Source: Faecalimonas sp.
Lineage (GTDB): Bacteria > Bacillota > Clostridia > Lachnospirales > Lachnospiraceae
Direction of reading: 5' to 3'
NCBI GenBank assembly: GCA_045632945.1
Contig: JAZQXU010000037.1
Span: forward strand, 95,369 to 159,368
Length of the DNA stretch: 64,000 nt
Position numbers and translations under genes: made by a program
The notes under the pieces: model-generated
Told to the model about the DNA's origin: nothing
Seen by the model: the letters and a program-made list of their open reading frames with translations, nothing else
Database searches by the model: none
Shown here: positions 8,501-19,165 of the stretch, in pieces
Layout: every line of letters begins with the position of its first letter
Numbering within the stretch: position 1 is the first letter of the stretch

Positions 8501-9454
8501 ATGAAAATTGTATTCTTAGATGCCAAAAGCATTGGCGAAGATATCGATTTGTCTGGGTTTGATAAATTAGGAGAAGTGGTGAAATATGATTTTTCTGCGC
8601 CGGAACAAGTTCCGGAGCGTGTTCGCGATACAGACGTTATCATCGTAAACAAAGCCCCGATTAATGAACAAACTGTAGGATGCGCCACTAATCTAAAGTT
8701 GGTTTGCGTAACTGCAACCGGTACCAACAATTTGGATAAACCTTTTTTAGAAAACCGCGGCATTGCATGGCGCAATGTGGCCGGATATTCAACCGAGTCC
8801 GTTGCTCAGCATACGTTTGCTATGCTCTTTTTCCTACTCGAAAAATTGAGTTATTATGATGAATATGTAAAAGAAGGACGCTATGCGAACGATACATGTT
8901 TTACACATTTTGCAGAACGTTTTTGTGAAATCAACGGTAAGACATGGGGTATTATCGGACTTGGAACGATTGGAAGACGAGTGGCTGACATTGCGAAAAT
9001 GTTTGGCGCAAATGTGATCTACTACTCTACTACCGGGCAAAATAACCAAGAAGGATATCACCGTGTAGACCTTGATACACTGCTTGCTTCTTCTGATATC
9101 GTATCCATCCATGCACCACTTACAAATGAGACTGAAGGATTGATGAACGCACAAGCATTTTCTAAGATGAAACCAAATGCAATCTTTTTAAATGTTGGTC
9201 GTGGGGCGATTGTCGTAGAGCAAGACTTGGCTGACGCACTGAACAATCACAAAATAGCTGCAGCCGGACTCGACGTTCTCTGCGAGGAGCCCATGAATCC
9301 AAACAGCCCATTTCTTCCAATCAAAGACAGCAAAAGGCTTCTAATCACGCCGCATATCGCTTGGGCAAGTGTAGAAGCAAGAACGAAATTGATGAATATT
9401 ATATTAGAACAAATTAAAGATTTCTATCATCTCAAAAATGGCGCCGGTTCGTAA
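8501..9454 (+). CDS. D-2-hydroxyacid dehydrogenase (glycerate dehydrogenase-like)
   Basis: GIIGLGTIG Rossmann motif, LNVGRG, TPHIAWAS; start MKIVFLD at 8501 after GGAGG. Confidence 0.9.
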   Translation: MKIVFLDAKSIGEDIDLSGFDKLGEVVKYDFSAPEQVPERVRDTDVIIVNKAPINEQTVGCATNLKLVCVTATGTNNLDKPFLENRGIAWRNVAGYSTESVAQHTFAMLFFLLEKLSYYDEYVKEGRYANDTCFTHFAERFCEINGKTWGIIGLGTIGRRVADIAKMFGANVIYYSTTGQNNQEGYHRVDLDTLLASSDIVSIHAPLTNETEGLMNAQAFSKMKPNAIFLNVGRGAIVVEQDLADALNNHKIAAAGLDVLCEEPMNPNSPFLPIKDSKRLLITPHIAWASVEARTKLMNIILEQIKDFYHLKNGAGS

Positions 9455-9472
9455 GAACCAACGCCATTTTTT
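9434..9472. terminator. Bidirectional terminator
   Basis: AAAAATGGCG..GGTTC-GTAA-GAACC..CGCCATTTTT between convergent genes. Confidence 0.75.
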
Positions 9473-9953
9473 ATAAGTCTCTTATATACCACACATCACA
9501 CCCAAAATGAACCGTTTCCAAAAATGGTTTTTCTAATCTTTGGAACTCATATTTGGTATAAAATTTGTTAGCCGCAATCATATTACTGAATGTTTCCAGA
9601 TAACATTTCTGATAATACTGTTTCGCGTATTGCAAACACAAATCCATCAACTGATGGGCAACACCTGTACCTCTTGCTTCTTGCAGGCAATACATTTTCT
9701 GCAACTCGCAAATCTCCGGCGTCAGGCCTCCGATACCGGAGCCGCCAACAATCTTTCCGGAAGCATCTAGGGCAACCCAATATTTGTATCCCGGCTTATT
9801 ATAGATTTCTGAAAAACGACCTAAGTCAGGATCACACCATGCGGTTCCTTCCCTATTCCCGCCAAACTCCAGCAAACAGGTTCTAATAAGAGTTTCCACA
9901 CCTTTATTATCTTGTGGCTTAATTTCACGAATCATATAGTCGTGTTGTTTCAT
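9471..9953 (-). CDS. GNAT family N-acetyltransferase
   Basis: ELQKMY...ARGTGVA acetyl-CoA binding motif; YLET...A..FY..YEF. Confidence 0.9.
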   Translation of the reverse strand: MKQHDYMIREIKPQDNKGVETLIRTCLLEFGGNREGTAWCDPDLGRFSEIYNKPGYKYWVALDASGKIVGGSGIGGLTPEICELQKMYCLQEARGTGVAHQLMDLCLQYAKQYYQKCYLETFSNMIAANKFYTKYEFQRLEKPFLETVHFGCDVWYIRDL

Positions 9954-9964
9954 TCTTATATCCT

Positions 9965-11176
9965 CTACACTTCTCCAAGCGCAAACTTGTCATGGATTGC
10001 TCTTGTAGCTCTATCCACATCCTTCTCGTCGATGAGTACCGTGATGCGAATTTCAGAAGTTGAAATCATATTAATATTAATTCCGGCATTAAACAATGCT
10101 TCAAACATCTTTGAAGCAACGCCCGGATTGCTCATCATGCCTGCACCCACAATCGCAACTTTAGCCACTTGTGAATTTGACTTAATTTCCTTAATTGTGA
10201 GAGTCTCTTTGTTTGTTTCTAATATTCCAAGTGCTTCCTGTAAATCATCTTCGGCTACCGTGAAAGAAATATCCTTTGTTCCATCACGTCCTACTGACTG
10301 TAAAATAATATCAATGTTGATGTTGTTCTTTGCTAATTTGTGAAACACTTTAAAAGCAATTCCCGGTTTGTCTTCCAAACCGATGATTGAAATTCTCGCT
10401 GTATTTTTATCCGATGCAACACCGGTAATTAACATTTTTTCCATCCTTGCTACCTCCTTGACGGCAGTTCCCTCTGTTGTATTCATGCTGGAACGCACAA
10501 CTAGTTCCACACCATACTTTTTTGCCATTTCAACGGAACGATTGTGAAGCACCTTTGCTCCCGATGTGGCAAGCTCCAACATTTCATCATATGTAATCTC
10601 ATGAAGTTTTCTTGCGTCAGGCACAATTCTTGGGTCTGCTGTATACACTCCGTCCACGTCTGTATAAATTTCGCATTTATCAGCATGAAGTGCAGCAGCT
10701 AAAGCAACTGCCGTAGTATCAGAGCCTCCTCTTCCCAAGGTTGCATAGTCTCCATATTTGTTAATTCCCTGAAAACCGGTAACAATCACAATCTTCTTTT
10801 CATCTAATTCATTCATGATTCGTTCTGAATCAATATGTTTAAATCTGGCATTGCCATAACGGGAAGTACATTTCATTGCGACCTGGAAGGCATTCAGTGA
10901 GACCGCCGGCACATCCAATGTCTGCATTGCCATGGCCATAAGAGCAACTGAAACTTGCTCTCCCGTAGTCAGAAGCATATCCATTTCTCGTTTTGAAGCA
11001 TTTGGATTAATCTCTTTTGCCAATGCAATGAGCTCATCGGTGGTATCTCCCATCGCCGAAAGGACTACTACAATATCATTTCCTTTTTTATAATCCTCTA
11101 CGCAGCGTCTTGCAACATTGAAAATACGCTCTTTGTTTGCAACTGAGCTGCCTCCAAATTTCTTTACAATTAACAT
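9965..11176 (-). CDS. lysC: Aspartate kinase
   Basis: KKFGGSS, TLGRGGSDTTA, DVDGVYTADPR; two C-terminal ACT domains. Confidence 0.95.
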   Translation of the reverse strand: MLIVKKFGGSSVANKERIFNVARRCVEDYKKGNDIVVVLSAMGDTTDELIALAKEINPNASKREMDMLLTTGEQVSVALMAMAMQTLDVPAVSLNAFQVAMKCTSRYGNARFKHIDSERIMNELDEKKIVIVTGFQGINKYGDYATLGRGGSDTTAVALAAALHADKCEIYTDVDGVYTADPRIVPDARKLHEITYDEMLELATSGAKVLHNRSVEMAKKYGVELVVRSSMNTTEGTAVKEVARMEKMLITGVASDKNTARISIIGLEDKPGIAFKVFHKLAKNNINIDIILQSVGRDGTKDISFTVAEDDLQEALGILETNKETLTIKEIKSNSQVAKVAIVGAGMMSNPGVASKMFEALFNAGININMISTSEIRITVLIDEKDVDRATRAIHDKFALGEV

Positions 11177-11191
11177 TGTTTTCTCCTATTA

Positions 11192-12391
11192 TCACTTTAA
11201 TAAGATATCAATCAATTGATGACCATTTTCTCTTACAATACCACTTTGCTTGGCAACCTTTTCGTTGTAAGCGTCATGGCTTCCCATTTGCTTTGTACTG
11301 TCATATAGCAGATACGGAATTGGCGCATTCGTATGTGTTCTAAGACGAATCGGTGTCGGATGATCCGGAAGAATAAGCATCCGATAATTTTCGCCTGACT
11401 GATTCATTTTCTCTATTAATGGTCTTACAATATGACAATCGATTTTCTCAATCGCTTCTATCTTCTCATTTACCAGACCCTGGTGCCCCATTTCATCCGG
11501 TGCTTCAACATGAATATATGCAAAATCATAGCCGTCATCCAAAAGCGCCTTCGCTGCAGCCTCCATCTTACCTGTATAATTGGTATGCAAGCCTCCGTTA
11601 GCACCTTCCACCTCTATAATATCCATGTCGGTTCCAACAGCAATACCTTTCAGCAAATCAACTGCCGAAATCATCACGCCGCGTTTCCCGGTCTTTTGCG
11701 TAAATGGCTGAAGCGCCGGTTTTGTTCCTGCTCCCCAAAACCATGCAGAATTTGCCGGGTTGAGCCCTTTTTCCTTACGCTCAATATTAATAGGGTGATT
11801 AACTAAAATATCATAGCTCTTTTTCATCATATCACGAAGCACCTGATCCTTTGGTAAATAGTCTCCGATGCGCTTTGTCAAGATGTCATGAGGAGGCGTA
11901 AGTTCTACAACTTCTCCATTTTTCCACACCATCAAATGACGATAACTGGTTCCTACATAGAATTCATATCCTTCTTTTGCAAGACCCACTTTTAATGCTT
12001 CCACTAAAACGGCAGCGTCTTCTGTAGAAATTTCGCCTGAACTATGGTCCAAAATTCTCTTCTCCTCGTAACATGTCTCTTCTTCAGACAATGTCACGAT
12101 ATTACAGCGAAATGACACGTCTTCCTTTGCCATGTTAACGCCAATACTAAGTGCCTCCAAAGGTGAACGTCCGGAATAATATATCCGAGGATTATATCCC
12201 ATAACTGACAAATTCGCCGTATCACTCCCCGGTGCCATGCCTTCCGGCACCATGCATGTAAGGCCTATTTCACTTTGCTTAGCCAGCGTTTCCATTCCCG
12301 GCTTGTTAGCTGCCTCAAGCGGAGTTTTTCCATTCAGTTGTTCTAACGGCTCATCAGCCATTCCGTCTCCTAATAAGATAATATATTTCAC
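11192..12391 (-). CDS. apgM: ApgM-type cofactor-independent phosphoglycerate mutase family protein (proposed homoserine kinase subgroup)
   Basis: GDGMAD, TPLEAA, PGSD, HVEAPDEMGH, PDHPTP metalloenzyme motifs. Confidence 0.85.
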   Translation of the reverse strand: MKYIILLGDGMADEPLEQLNGKTPLEAANKPGMETLAKQSEIGLTCMVPEGMAPGSDTANLSVMGYNPRIYYSGRSPLEALSIGVNMAKEDVSFRCNIVTLSEEETCYEEKRILDHSSGEISTEDAAVLVEALKVGLAKEGYEFYVGTSYRHLMVWKNGEVVELTPPHDILTKRIGDYLPKDQVLRDMMKKSYDILVNHPINIERKEKGLNPANSAWFWGAGTKPALQPFTQKTGKRGVMISAVDLLKGIAVGTDMDIIEVEGANGGLHTNYTGKMEAAAKALLDDGYDFAYIHVEAPDEMGHQGLVNEKIEAIEKIDCHIVRPLIEKMNQSGENYRMLILPDHPTPIRLRTHTNAPIPYLLYDSTKQMGSHDAYNEKVAKQSGIVRENGHQLIDILLK

Positions 12392-12413
12392 GTCGTCACG
12401 TCCTTTACGCCAA

Positions 12414-13628
12414 TTATTTTACACGAATCATCTGACAAATCTGTGGGAAATTGCCGGCAAGTGCTTCATATTGGCCCTCACTCATAGTATCTGTCACAAA
12501 ACCGAATTCTTCCTGCTCGCCTTCTAAAATTAAGGTTTGAACAGGACCAAATACTGCTTCTACTTTTTCTTTTAACTCAGTTATATTTCCTTTGATGCGA
12601 ACAAAAAATCTATAAGTTGTATCCGCTTTATCCTTAAGCTCTAATTTTTCTGCATCCCATGTAGCCATCATGCTGCGATTCGGATTTTTCGCTGCTTCTA
12701 CGATATCTCCTACTACTGCACTGGCAGTTGGAAGTTTGCCGGCTCCGCTTCCATAGAACATAGAATCGCCCAGCATATTTCCTTTTACGAAAATCGCGTT
12801 AAATACATCCTCAATGTTATAAAGCGGATGATCTTTTGACACAAAATGCGGAGCAACAATTGCACATATTTTATCTTCCATACGTTTACATGAAGCAAGC
12901 AACTTGATTTTCATGTCCATTGCCTTTGCATATTCCATGTCAACCGGAGTGATTTTTGTGATTCCTTCTGTATAAATATCTTCAAAGTCAACTGTTTCAC
13001 CTGAAATAATGGAAGAAAGAATCGCAATCTTTCTGCACGCGTCATGTCCCTCCACATCGGCACTTGGATCTCTTTCTGCGTATCCCATTGCCTGTGCTTC
13101 TTTTAAGACTGCATCATAATCTGCATTTTCATGATACATTTTACTAAGCATATAGTTGGTTGTACCATTAAGTATACCTGTGATTTCCTCAATTACATCT
13201 CCTGTAAGCGCCGAAGCAAGAGGACGAATAATCGGAATGCCTCCTCCTACGCTGGCTTCATAAAGGAAATTAATCTCCTTTTCCTTTGCAATCGACAATA
13301 GCTCTGCGCCATGCTTTGCAACCAAAGCTTTATTGGATGTAATGACACTCTTTCCGGCAAGTAAACTCTTTTTCACAAATGTGTATGCCGGTTCGATACC
13401 ACCCATTACTTCAACCACAATGGAAACCTCATCATCATTTTCAATATCATTGAAATCATGGGTTACCAAATGTTCAATCGGTGTTCCCGGGAATTCTCTC
13501 AAATCCAAAATATGTTTGATATCAATTTTGTCGCCAATTCTTTGAGCAATCACATCACCGTTTGTCTGAAGAACTTCAACGACTCCCGAACCAACTGTCC
13601 CGTATCCTAATATTGCAATCTTTATCAT
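12414..13628 (-). CDS. hom: Homoserine dehydrogenase
   Basis: LGYGTVGSG, YEASVGGGIP, GILNGTTNY, GYAERDPSADVEG. Confidence 0.95.
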   Translation of the reverse strand: MIKIAILGYGTVGSGVVEVLQTNGDVIAQRIGDKIDIKHILDLREFPGTPIEHLVTHDFNDIENDDEVSIVVEVMGGIEPAYTFVKKSLLAGKSVITSNKALVAKHGAELLSIAKEKEINFLYEASVGGGIPIIRPLASALTGDVIEEITGILNGTTNYMLSKMYHENADYDAVLKEAQAMGYAERDPSADVEGHDACRKIAILSSIISGETVDFEDIYTEGITKITPVDMEYAKAMDMKIKLLASCKRMEDKICAIVAPHFVSKDHPLYNIEDVFNAIFVKGNMLGDSMFYGSGAGKLPTASAVVGDIVEAAKNPNRSMMATWDAEKLELKDKADTTYRFFVRIKGNITELKEKVEAVFGPVQTLILEGEQEEFGFVTDTMSEGQYEALAGNFPQICQMIRVK

Positions 13629-14741
13629 AATGTCTCCTCCTTACTTCGCTCTTTGAGATATGCATTCATAAATAAATCAATGTTTCCATCTAATACACTC
13701 GAAACATTTCCTGTTTCTGCGTTTGTTCTATGATCCTTTACCATGGTATATGGCTGCATAACATAAGAACGAATCTGATTCCCAAAACCAATGTCTTTGA
13801 TTTCGCCTCTGATGTCAGATACCTTTTCTGCCTGTTCCTGTTCTTTAATCAAATACAGTTTTGCTTTGAGCATCTGCATGGCTTTATCTTTATTCATATG
13901 CTGTGAACGTTCATTTTGACACTGTACCACAATCCCCGTCGGAAGGTGGGTAATACGAACCGCCGAAGATGTTTTATTAATGTGTTGTCCGCCTGCCCCA
14001 CTGGAGCGATAGGTGTCAATTCGCAAATCATCTTCATTAATTTCGATATCGATTTCATCTTCAATGTCCGGAACGACATCACAAGATGCAAACGACGTCT
14101 GCCTCTTTCCCGCTGCATTAAATGGCGAAATTCTCACCAAACGGTGAACACCTTTTTCTGATTTCAAATACCCATAGGCATTTTCTCCGTTCACCTGAAA
14201 TGTAACTGCTTTAATACCTGCTACATCGCCGTCTAAAAAGTCTAAAACATCAACAGAAAATCCTTTCCGCTCAGCCCATCGGCTGTACATGCGATACAGC
14301 ATACCGGCCCAGTCGCAGGATTCTGTTCCGCCGGCTCCGGCATGCAACGTTACAATTGCATTGTCCTTGTCGTATTCTCCCGACAAAAGTGTCTGGATTC
14401 TCATCTCTTCAAACGTAGCTTCAAACTGTTGCAATTCTGCCTCAATATCTGCAACCATGTCTGCATCTTCTTCCTCATATGCCATTTCTATCAGCAAGCC
14501 GATGTCTTCAAATTGCACTTGCAGTGTATCTGCTCTTTCCAATAAATCCTTGAGCCCTTTCAACTCTTTCATAACGTACTGAGACTCCTCAGCATTGTCC
14601 CAAAAGCCTGGCTCTTCTATCTTTCTTTCTAATTCTTCAACCCGCTTTTCCTTTTCTGTCAGGTCAAAGTGAATCCCTCAATTCACAGAGTGGTTTTTCA
14701 TATGAGTTTAACGTACTTTTAAACTGATCTAATTCAACCAC
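13625..14741 (-). CDS. prfB: Peptide chain release factor 2 with programmed +1 frameshift (join 14741-14667, 14665-13625; 371 aa)
   Basis: GGQ and SPF motifs; GTG start at 14741 after SD AGAGGTGA; 25 codons, then AGGGA-TTCA-CTT-TGA-C. Confidence 0.95.
14663..14678 (-). promoter_or_regulatory. RF2 autoregulatory frameshift cassette
   Basis: Internal SD AGGGA followed by CTT TGA C, the canonical prfB shift site. Confidence 0.92.
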
Positions 14742-14758
14742 ATTCTCACCTCTTTACT

Positions 14759-17326
14759 CTATTTTCTACCACAGCATTGTTTATATTTTTTCCCACTTCC
14801 GCATGGACATGGATCATTTGGATAAACCTTCTTGTCCTCACGCTTTTTCGGTGCGCGGGAAAGACTTTCATCCTTATTGGTTCCGGTTACTTTCGCAACC
14901 TCTTCTCTTTCTACTTTTTGTTCAAGACGAACATGGAATAACATGCGTACTGTATCTGCTGCAATTGCCTCTGTCATCTCTCCAAACATGTCATATCCGA
15001 ACATTTTGTATTCAACCAATGGGTTTTTCTGTCCATATGATTGCAAACCAATTCCTTGACGGAGCTGATCCATATCATCAATATGTGCCATCCATTTTCT
15101 GTCAATGACTTTCAATAGAATCACTCGTTCAACTTCACGAATCTGTTCTTCTTCCGGGAACTGGGCTTCTTTTGCCGCATACCCCTTTGCGGCACGTTCT
15201 TTGAGCATTTCTCTTAAATCTTTCTGAGAAATCTTCTTGATTTCTTCAGGTGTAATTTCCGGAAGTTCAAGAGAATTGGTCCATTCTCTGTTCAAGCCTT
15301 CCAAATCCCACTCATCTGTGCTTACTTCGGAAGATGTGAATTTATCTACTGTTGCATCCACGTACTGGTCGACCATGTTATAAATAACATCTCTCATACT
15401 CTCGCCATCTAGTACGCGACGTCTTTCTTCGTAAATAATCTCTCTTTGTTCATTCATAACCTGGTCATATTCTAACAGGTTTTTACGAATTCCAAAGTTG
15501 TTACCTTCAATTTTTTGTTGTGCTTTTTCAATAGCGTTTGATAACATCTTGTGTTCAATCTGCTCGCCATCAGCTACACCAAGTGTATTGAATACGCTCA
15601 TGAGTCTTTCCGAACCGAAAAGTCTCATCAAATCGTCTTCTAACGAAATATAAAATCTAGATTCACCCGGGTCTCCCTGACGTCCGGAACGTCCACGGAG
15701 CTGATTATCAATACGTCTGGATTCGTGACGCTCTGTACCGATAATTTTAAGTCCTCCGGCCGCCTTTGCCTCTTCGTCAAGCTTAATATCCGTACCACGA
15801 CCTGCCATGTTAGTAGCAATGGTAACCGCACCATGAACACCGGCTTGCGCTACAATCTCAGCTTCCATCGCATGGAACTTCGCATTCAAGACGTTGTGCT
15901 GAATGCCACGTTTCTTAAGCAATCTGCTAAGGAGTTCTGATGTTTCGATTGTAATTGTACCGACAAGCACCGGTTGACCTTTCGCATGTGCTCTCTCAAC
16001 TTCGTCTACAACTGCCATGAATTTCTCTTTTTGTGTCTTATATACAGCATCGTCTAAGTCTTGTCTTTGTATCGGAAGGTTGGTAGGAATCTCAACAACG
16101 TCCATGCCGTAAATATCACGGAATTCCTGTTCCTCAGTAAGAGCCGTACCGGTCATACCACATTTCTTTTGGAATTTGTTAAATAAATTCTGGAAGGTAA
16201 TTGTTGCAAGTGTCTTGCTCTCACGCTTCACCTTCACATGCTCTTTTGCTTCAATTGCCTGATGAAGTCCGTCTGAATAACGACGTCCCGGCATAATACG
16301 TCCGGTAAACTCATCAACAATCATAACCTGTCCATCTTCAGAAACCACATAGTTTTGATCGCGGAACATTAAGTTGTGTGCACGAAGTGCAAGAATCACA
16401 TTGTGCTGTATTTCCAAATGTTCTGCATCAGCAAGGTTATCAATATGGAAGAATTGCTCTACCTTTTTCACACCATCTGCAGTCAGGTTTACCTGTTTTT
16501 CTTTCTCGTTAACAATATAGTCGCCTGTTTCCTCAATCTCTTCGCCCATAAGAGCGTTCATCTTAGAAAACTCGCCACTAGCAGTACCACGAATCAATTG
16601 TCTTGCAAGTATATCACATGCCTCATAGAGCTTCGTAGATTTGCCACTTTGTCCTGAAATAATAAGCGGTGTTCTCGCTTCATCGATAAGAACCGAGTCA
16701 ACCTCATCGATAATGGCATACTTGAGACCCCTTTGTACAAGTTGCTCTTTGTAAATAACCATGTTATCTCTCAAATAATCAAAACCAAGTTCGTTATTTG
16801 TAACATAAGTAATATCACAGTTATACGCCTCGCGACGTTCATCCTTATCCATGTCATTTAAAACAACGCCTACTGTAAGACCAAGGAAACGATGAATCTC
16901 TCCCATCCAATCAGCATCACGCTTTGCCAGATAATCGTTGACTGTAACGATATGGACACCTTCTCCTGTAAGTGCATTTAGGTATGCCGGGAGCGTAGAT
17001 ACAAGTGTCTTACCTTCACCGGTCTTCATTTCTGCAATACGTCCTTGGTGAAGAATAATACCACCAATTAATTGCACACGATAATGTTTCATACGAAGAA
17101 CTCTCCATGCAGCTTCTCTCACAACCGCATAAGCCTCTACCAAAATATCATCCAGTGATTCACCATTTGCTAAACGCTCTTTGAATTCTATTGTTTTATG
17201 TTTTAAATCTTCATCCGATAATTGTTGTATATCAGGCTCTAATGCTTCGATACGATCTACAATCGGATAGATTCGTTTTAATTCATTTTGACTATGTGTT
17301 CCGAATATTTTTTCAAATAAACCCAT
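14759..17326 (-). CDS. secA: Preprotein translocase ATPase SecA
   Basis: [23 protein letters not shown]-terminal [14 protein letters not shown]; start MGLFEK at 17326 after AAGGAG. Confidence 0.97.
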   Translation of the reverse strand: MGLFEKIFGTHSQNELKRIYPIVDRIEALEPDIQQLSDEDLKHKTIEFKERLANGESLDDILVEAYAVVREAAWRVLRMKHYRVQLIGGIILHQGRIAEMKTGEGKTLVSTLPAYLNALTGEGVHIVTVNDYLAKRDADWMGEIHRFLGLTVGVVLNDMDKDERREAYNCDITYVTNNELGFDYLRDNMVIYKEQLVQRGLKYAIIDEVDSVLIDEARTPLIISGQSGKSTKLYEACDILARQLIRGTASGEFSKMNALMGEEIEETGDYIVNEKEKQVNLTADGVKKVEQFFHIDNLADAEHLEIQHNVILALRAHNLMFRDQNYVVSEDGQVMIVDEFTGRIMPGRRYSDGLHQAIEAKEHVKVKRESKTLATITFQNLFNKFQKKCGMTGTALTEEQEFRDIYGMDVVEIPTNLPIQRQDLDDAVYKTQKEKFMAVVDEVERAHAKGQPVLVGTITIETSELLSRLLKKRGIQHNVLNAKFHAMEAEIVAQAGVHGAVTIATNMAGRGTDIKLDEEAKAAGGLKIIGTERHESRRIDNQLRGRSGRQGDPGESRFYISLEDDLMRLFGSERLMSVFNTLGVADGEQIEHKMLSNAIEKAQQKIEGNNFGIRKNLLEYDQVMNEQREIIYEERRRVLDGESMRDVIYNMVDQYVDATVDKFTSSEVSTDEWDLEGLNREWTNSLELPEITPEEIKKISQKDLREMLKERAAKGYAAKEAQFPEEEQIREVERVILLKVIDRKWMAHIDDMDQLRQGIGLQSYGQKNPLVEYKMFGYDMFGEMTEAIAADTVRMLFHVRLEQKVEREEVAKVTGTNKDESLSRAPKKREDKKVYPNDPCPCGSGKKYKQCCGRK

Positions 17327-17398
17327 TTTAAACTCCTTGTTTTCCAAATTTTACTGCAACTTTCATTTTAACATCTTATGGCTTTTTGTTCAAGTTGT

Positions 17399-18166
17399 TT
17401 AGAAACTCTTTACAATTTCATACGGAATCGTTCCGCCAAACAAGTCCAAAGCACTTCCGATTGTAAAATCCAGTTTCCCTTCACTTGCCAATTCAAACTG
17501 TTTCAAATCATCTAAACTGCCAATTCCGCCTGCATATGTAACCGGAAGTTTGTTCCACCTCGCAAGTAATTTGACCAGCTCAAGTTCCACACCGGACAAT
17601 TTTCCTTCCACATCTACACCGTGAATTAAAAACTCATCGCAGTATTCTGTCAGTTCATCCAACAATTGCAATGTCACTTCTACATTCGTAAAGGTCTGCC
17701 ATCTATCCGTTACCACGAAATATTTGCCGTCTTTCTTGCGGCAACTAAGGTCAAGTACAATGCGTTCTTTACCAATGGCCCGAACAAGTTTCTGCAAATT
17801 TTCCCAGTTGATTTTGCCATCCGAAAACACATATGAAGTTACGATGACATGGCTTGCTCCGGCTTTGATGTATTCTGCGGCATTGTCTGCTGTAATGCCT
17901 CCCCCAATCTGCATACCATTTGGGTAGGTCTGCAGTGCGAGCATGGCCTGCTTTTTTGTAGCGTCATAATACTCTGATGTTTTCGCATTGAGTAGAATGA
18001 TATGACCACCCATCAATCCATCTTGCTGATATTTGCGAGCATAAAAATCTGCGCCACGCTCTGCGGTAAAGTTTGTAACTGCCTGGTTTCCTTCATCTTG
18101 CAGAGAACCGCCCACAATCTGTTTTACTGTTCCATTATGTATGTCAATACATGGTCTGAATTTCAT
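17399..18166 (-). CDS. hisA: ProFAR isomerase, eukaryote-type (His6-like)
   Basis: MKFRPCIDIHNG.VKQIVGG, HVIVTSYVF, LDLSCR, DFTIGSALDLFGG. Confidence 0.9.
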   Translation of the reverse strand: MKFRPCIDIHNGTVKQIVGGSLQDEGNQAVTNFTAERGADFYARKYQQDGLMGGHIILLNAKTSEYYDATKKQAMLALQTYPNGMQIGGGITADNAAEYIKAGASHVIVTSYVFSDGKINWENLQKLVRAIGKERIVLDLSCRKKDGKYFVVTDRWQTFTNVEVTLQLLDELTEYCDEFLIHGVDVEGKLSGVELELVKLLARWNKLPVTYAGGIGSLDDLKQFELASEGKLDFTIGSALDLFGGTIPYEIVKSF

Positions 18167-18222
18167 GATTTTCTCCGTTTCACAAAAATATGTACTAGTA
18201 TAGCATTTTTCTTTGCAGAATG

Positions 18223-18254
18223 CAAAAAAATCCAACCTCGGAAAGAGAGGTTGG
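18223..18254 (-). terminator. Intrinsic terminator downstream of the PIN pair
   Basis: Minus strand TCCAACCTC-7nt-GAGGTTGGA-TTTTTTT. Confidence 0.75.
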
Positions 18255-18297
18255 AACCTTTAGGGCTGTTTGACCTATCGATACAATACTGTGGTTT

Positions 18298-18474
18298 TCA
18301 ATCAGATTCATTTCCATGCATTTCTTGTATTCTCCGATGCACTTCCATACCTCGATTGTTATAATAATCTAATTTTTCCTGTTCTGTCATATCCTTAGTA
18401 ATTTCATAATTTTTTTCCCGAATCTTATGAATATCTTCAATTGTAAAATTCGAGCTGATTTCCAATATTTTCAT
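18298..18474 (-). CDS. Small protein coupled to the PIN gene (putative antitoxin)
   Basis: 58 aa, FTIEDIHKIREKNYE; ATG just after the PIN stop with SD GAGG. Confidence 0.7.
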   Translation of the reverse strand: MKILEISSNFTIEDIHKIREKNYEITKDMTEQEKLDYYNNRGMEVHRRIQEMHGNESD

Positions 18475-18476
18475 TT

Positions 18477-18956
18477 TCAATCCTCGCTTTCTAATAATAC
18501 AGATGGATTCAGAATCTCTATTGGCTTATATCCTTTCAAGTTAGTAATGGCACGCACACCTCTAATTGTCTTAATGTTTACAATGTGTTTGAAGTTCCAT
18601 GAAACAATACAATCACACCCAGCCTCAACTGCTGCCGCAATATGTTGGCAATCATCATAGCTTTTAGGTGGCAATATTTTCATATCAATTAGTTGCCTTG
18701 CTATATCTGAAACATTTTTATTAACATCAATAATGGTATACTTAATTTCGCTCATATATTGATATAGTATGCTCTTTTTGGGTTCTGGACAATCATCTAT
18801 CTCTTGCAAAGTCACAGTCGAAAGATATAAGTCGTACTTTTTTTCCTTAAACATCTCCCATAACTTTATTGTACTCGACATCTTTTCTGGCACATCGTGC
18901 TGTGTCAAGTAACTAATAACAGAGGTGTCCAAATATATTTTCAGTTTTTCATTCAC
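18477..18956 (-). CDS. PIN-domain protein (VapC-like putative ribonuclease toxin)
   Basis: IYLDTSVIS, TLQEI, DDCQHIAAA...IVSWNFKHIVN; AT-rich; SD AAAGGAG. Confidence 0.88.
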   Translation of the reverse strand: MNEKLKIYLDTSVISYLTQHDVPEKMSSTIKLWEMFKEKKYDLYLSTVTLQEIDDCPEPKKSILYQYMSEIKYTIIDVNKNVSDIARQLIDMKILPPKSYDDCQHIAAAVEAGCDCIVSWNFKHIVNIKTIRGVRAITNLKGYKPIEILNPSVLLESED

Positions 18957-19064
18957 GTTAGCTTCTCTCCTTTATATTATCATATTTCAAAATCTAATGG
19001 TAGCAAAATTATAAAATAAGAAAAATATACAATCATAAGCATCACACTCCCTTATTCAGTTGTT

Positions 19065-19165
19065 ATCAAAATGAGTTCTGTGGCGGATTCGCCTTGAAAT
19101 ACAGATACGCTTTAAAAGCGCGTTGGACTTTTAATGTCTTGAGATGGACAAGCCCTGATTTTGAT
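19065..19165 (-). ncRNA. Structured leader or small RNA (possibly raiA-hairpin-like)
   Basis: Promoter TTGTGG-17-TATACT (19200-19172); closing stem ATCAAAAT/ATTTTGAT; internal hairpins CGCTT/AAGCG and GGCG-AATC-CGCC; SD AAGGGAG follows. Confidence 0.5.

Noticed and set aside
14573-14741. Apparent truncation or pseudogene of prfB
   Set aside because: Explained by the canonical programmed +1 frameshift
19065-19165. 6S RNA or full-length raiA motif RNA
   Set aside because: Only ~100 nt and lacks the long rod with central bubble; kept as an unassigned structured leader
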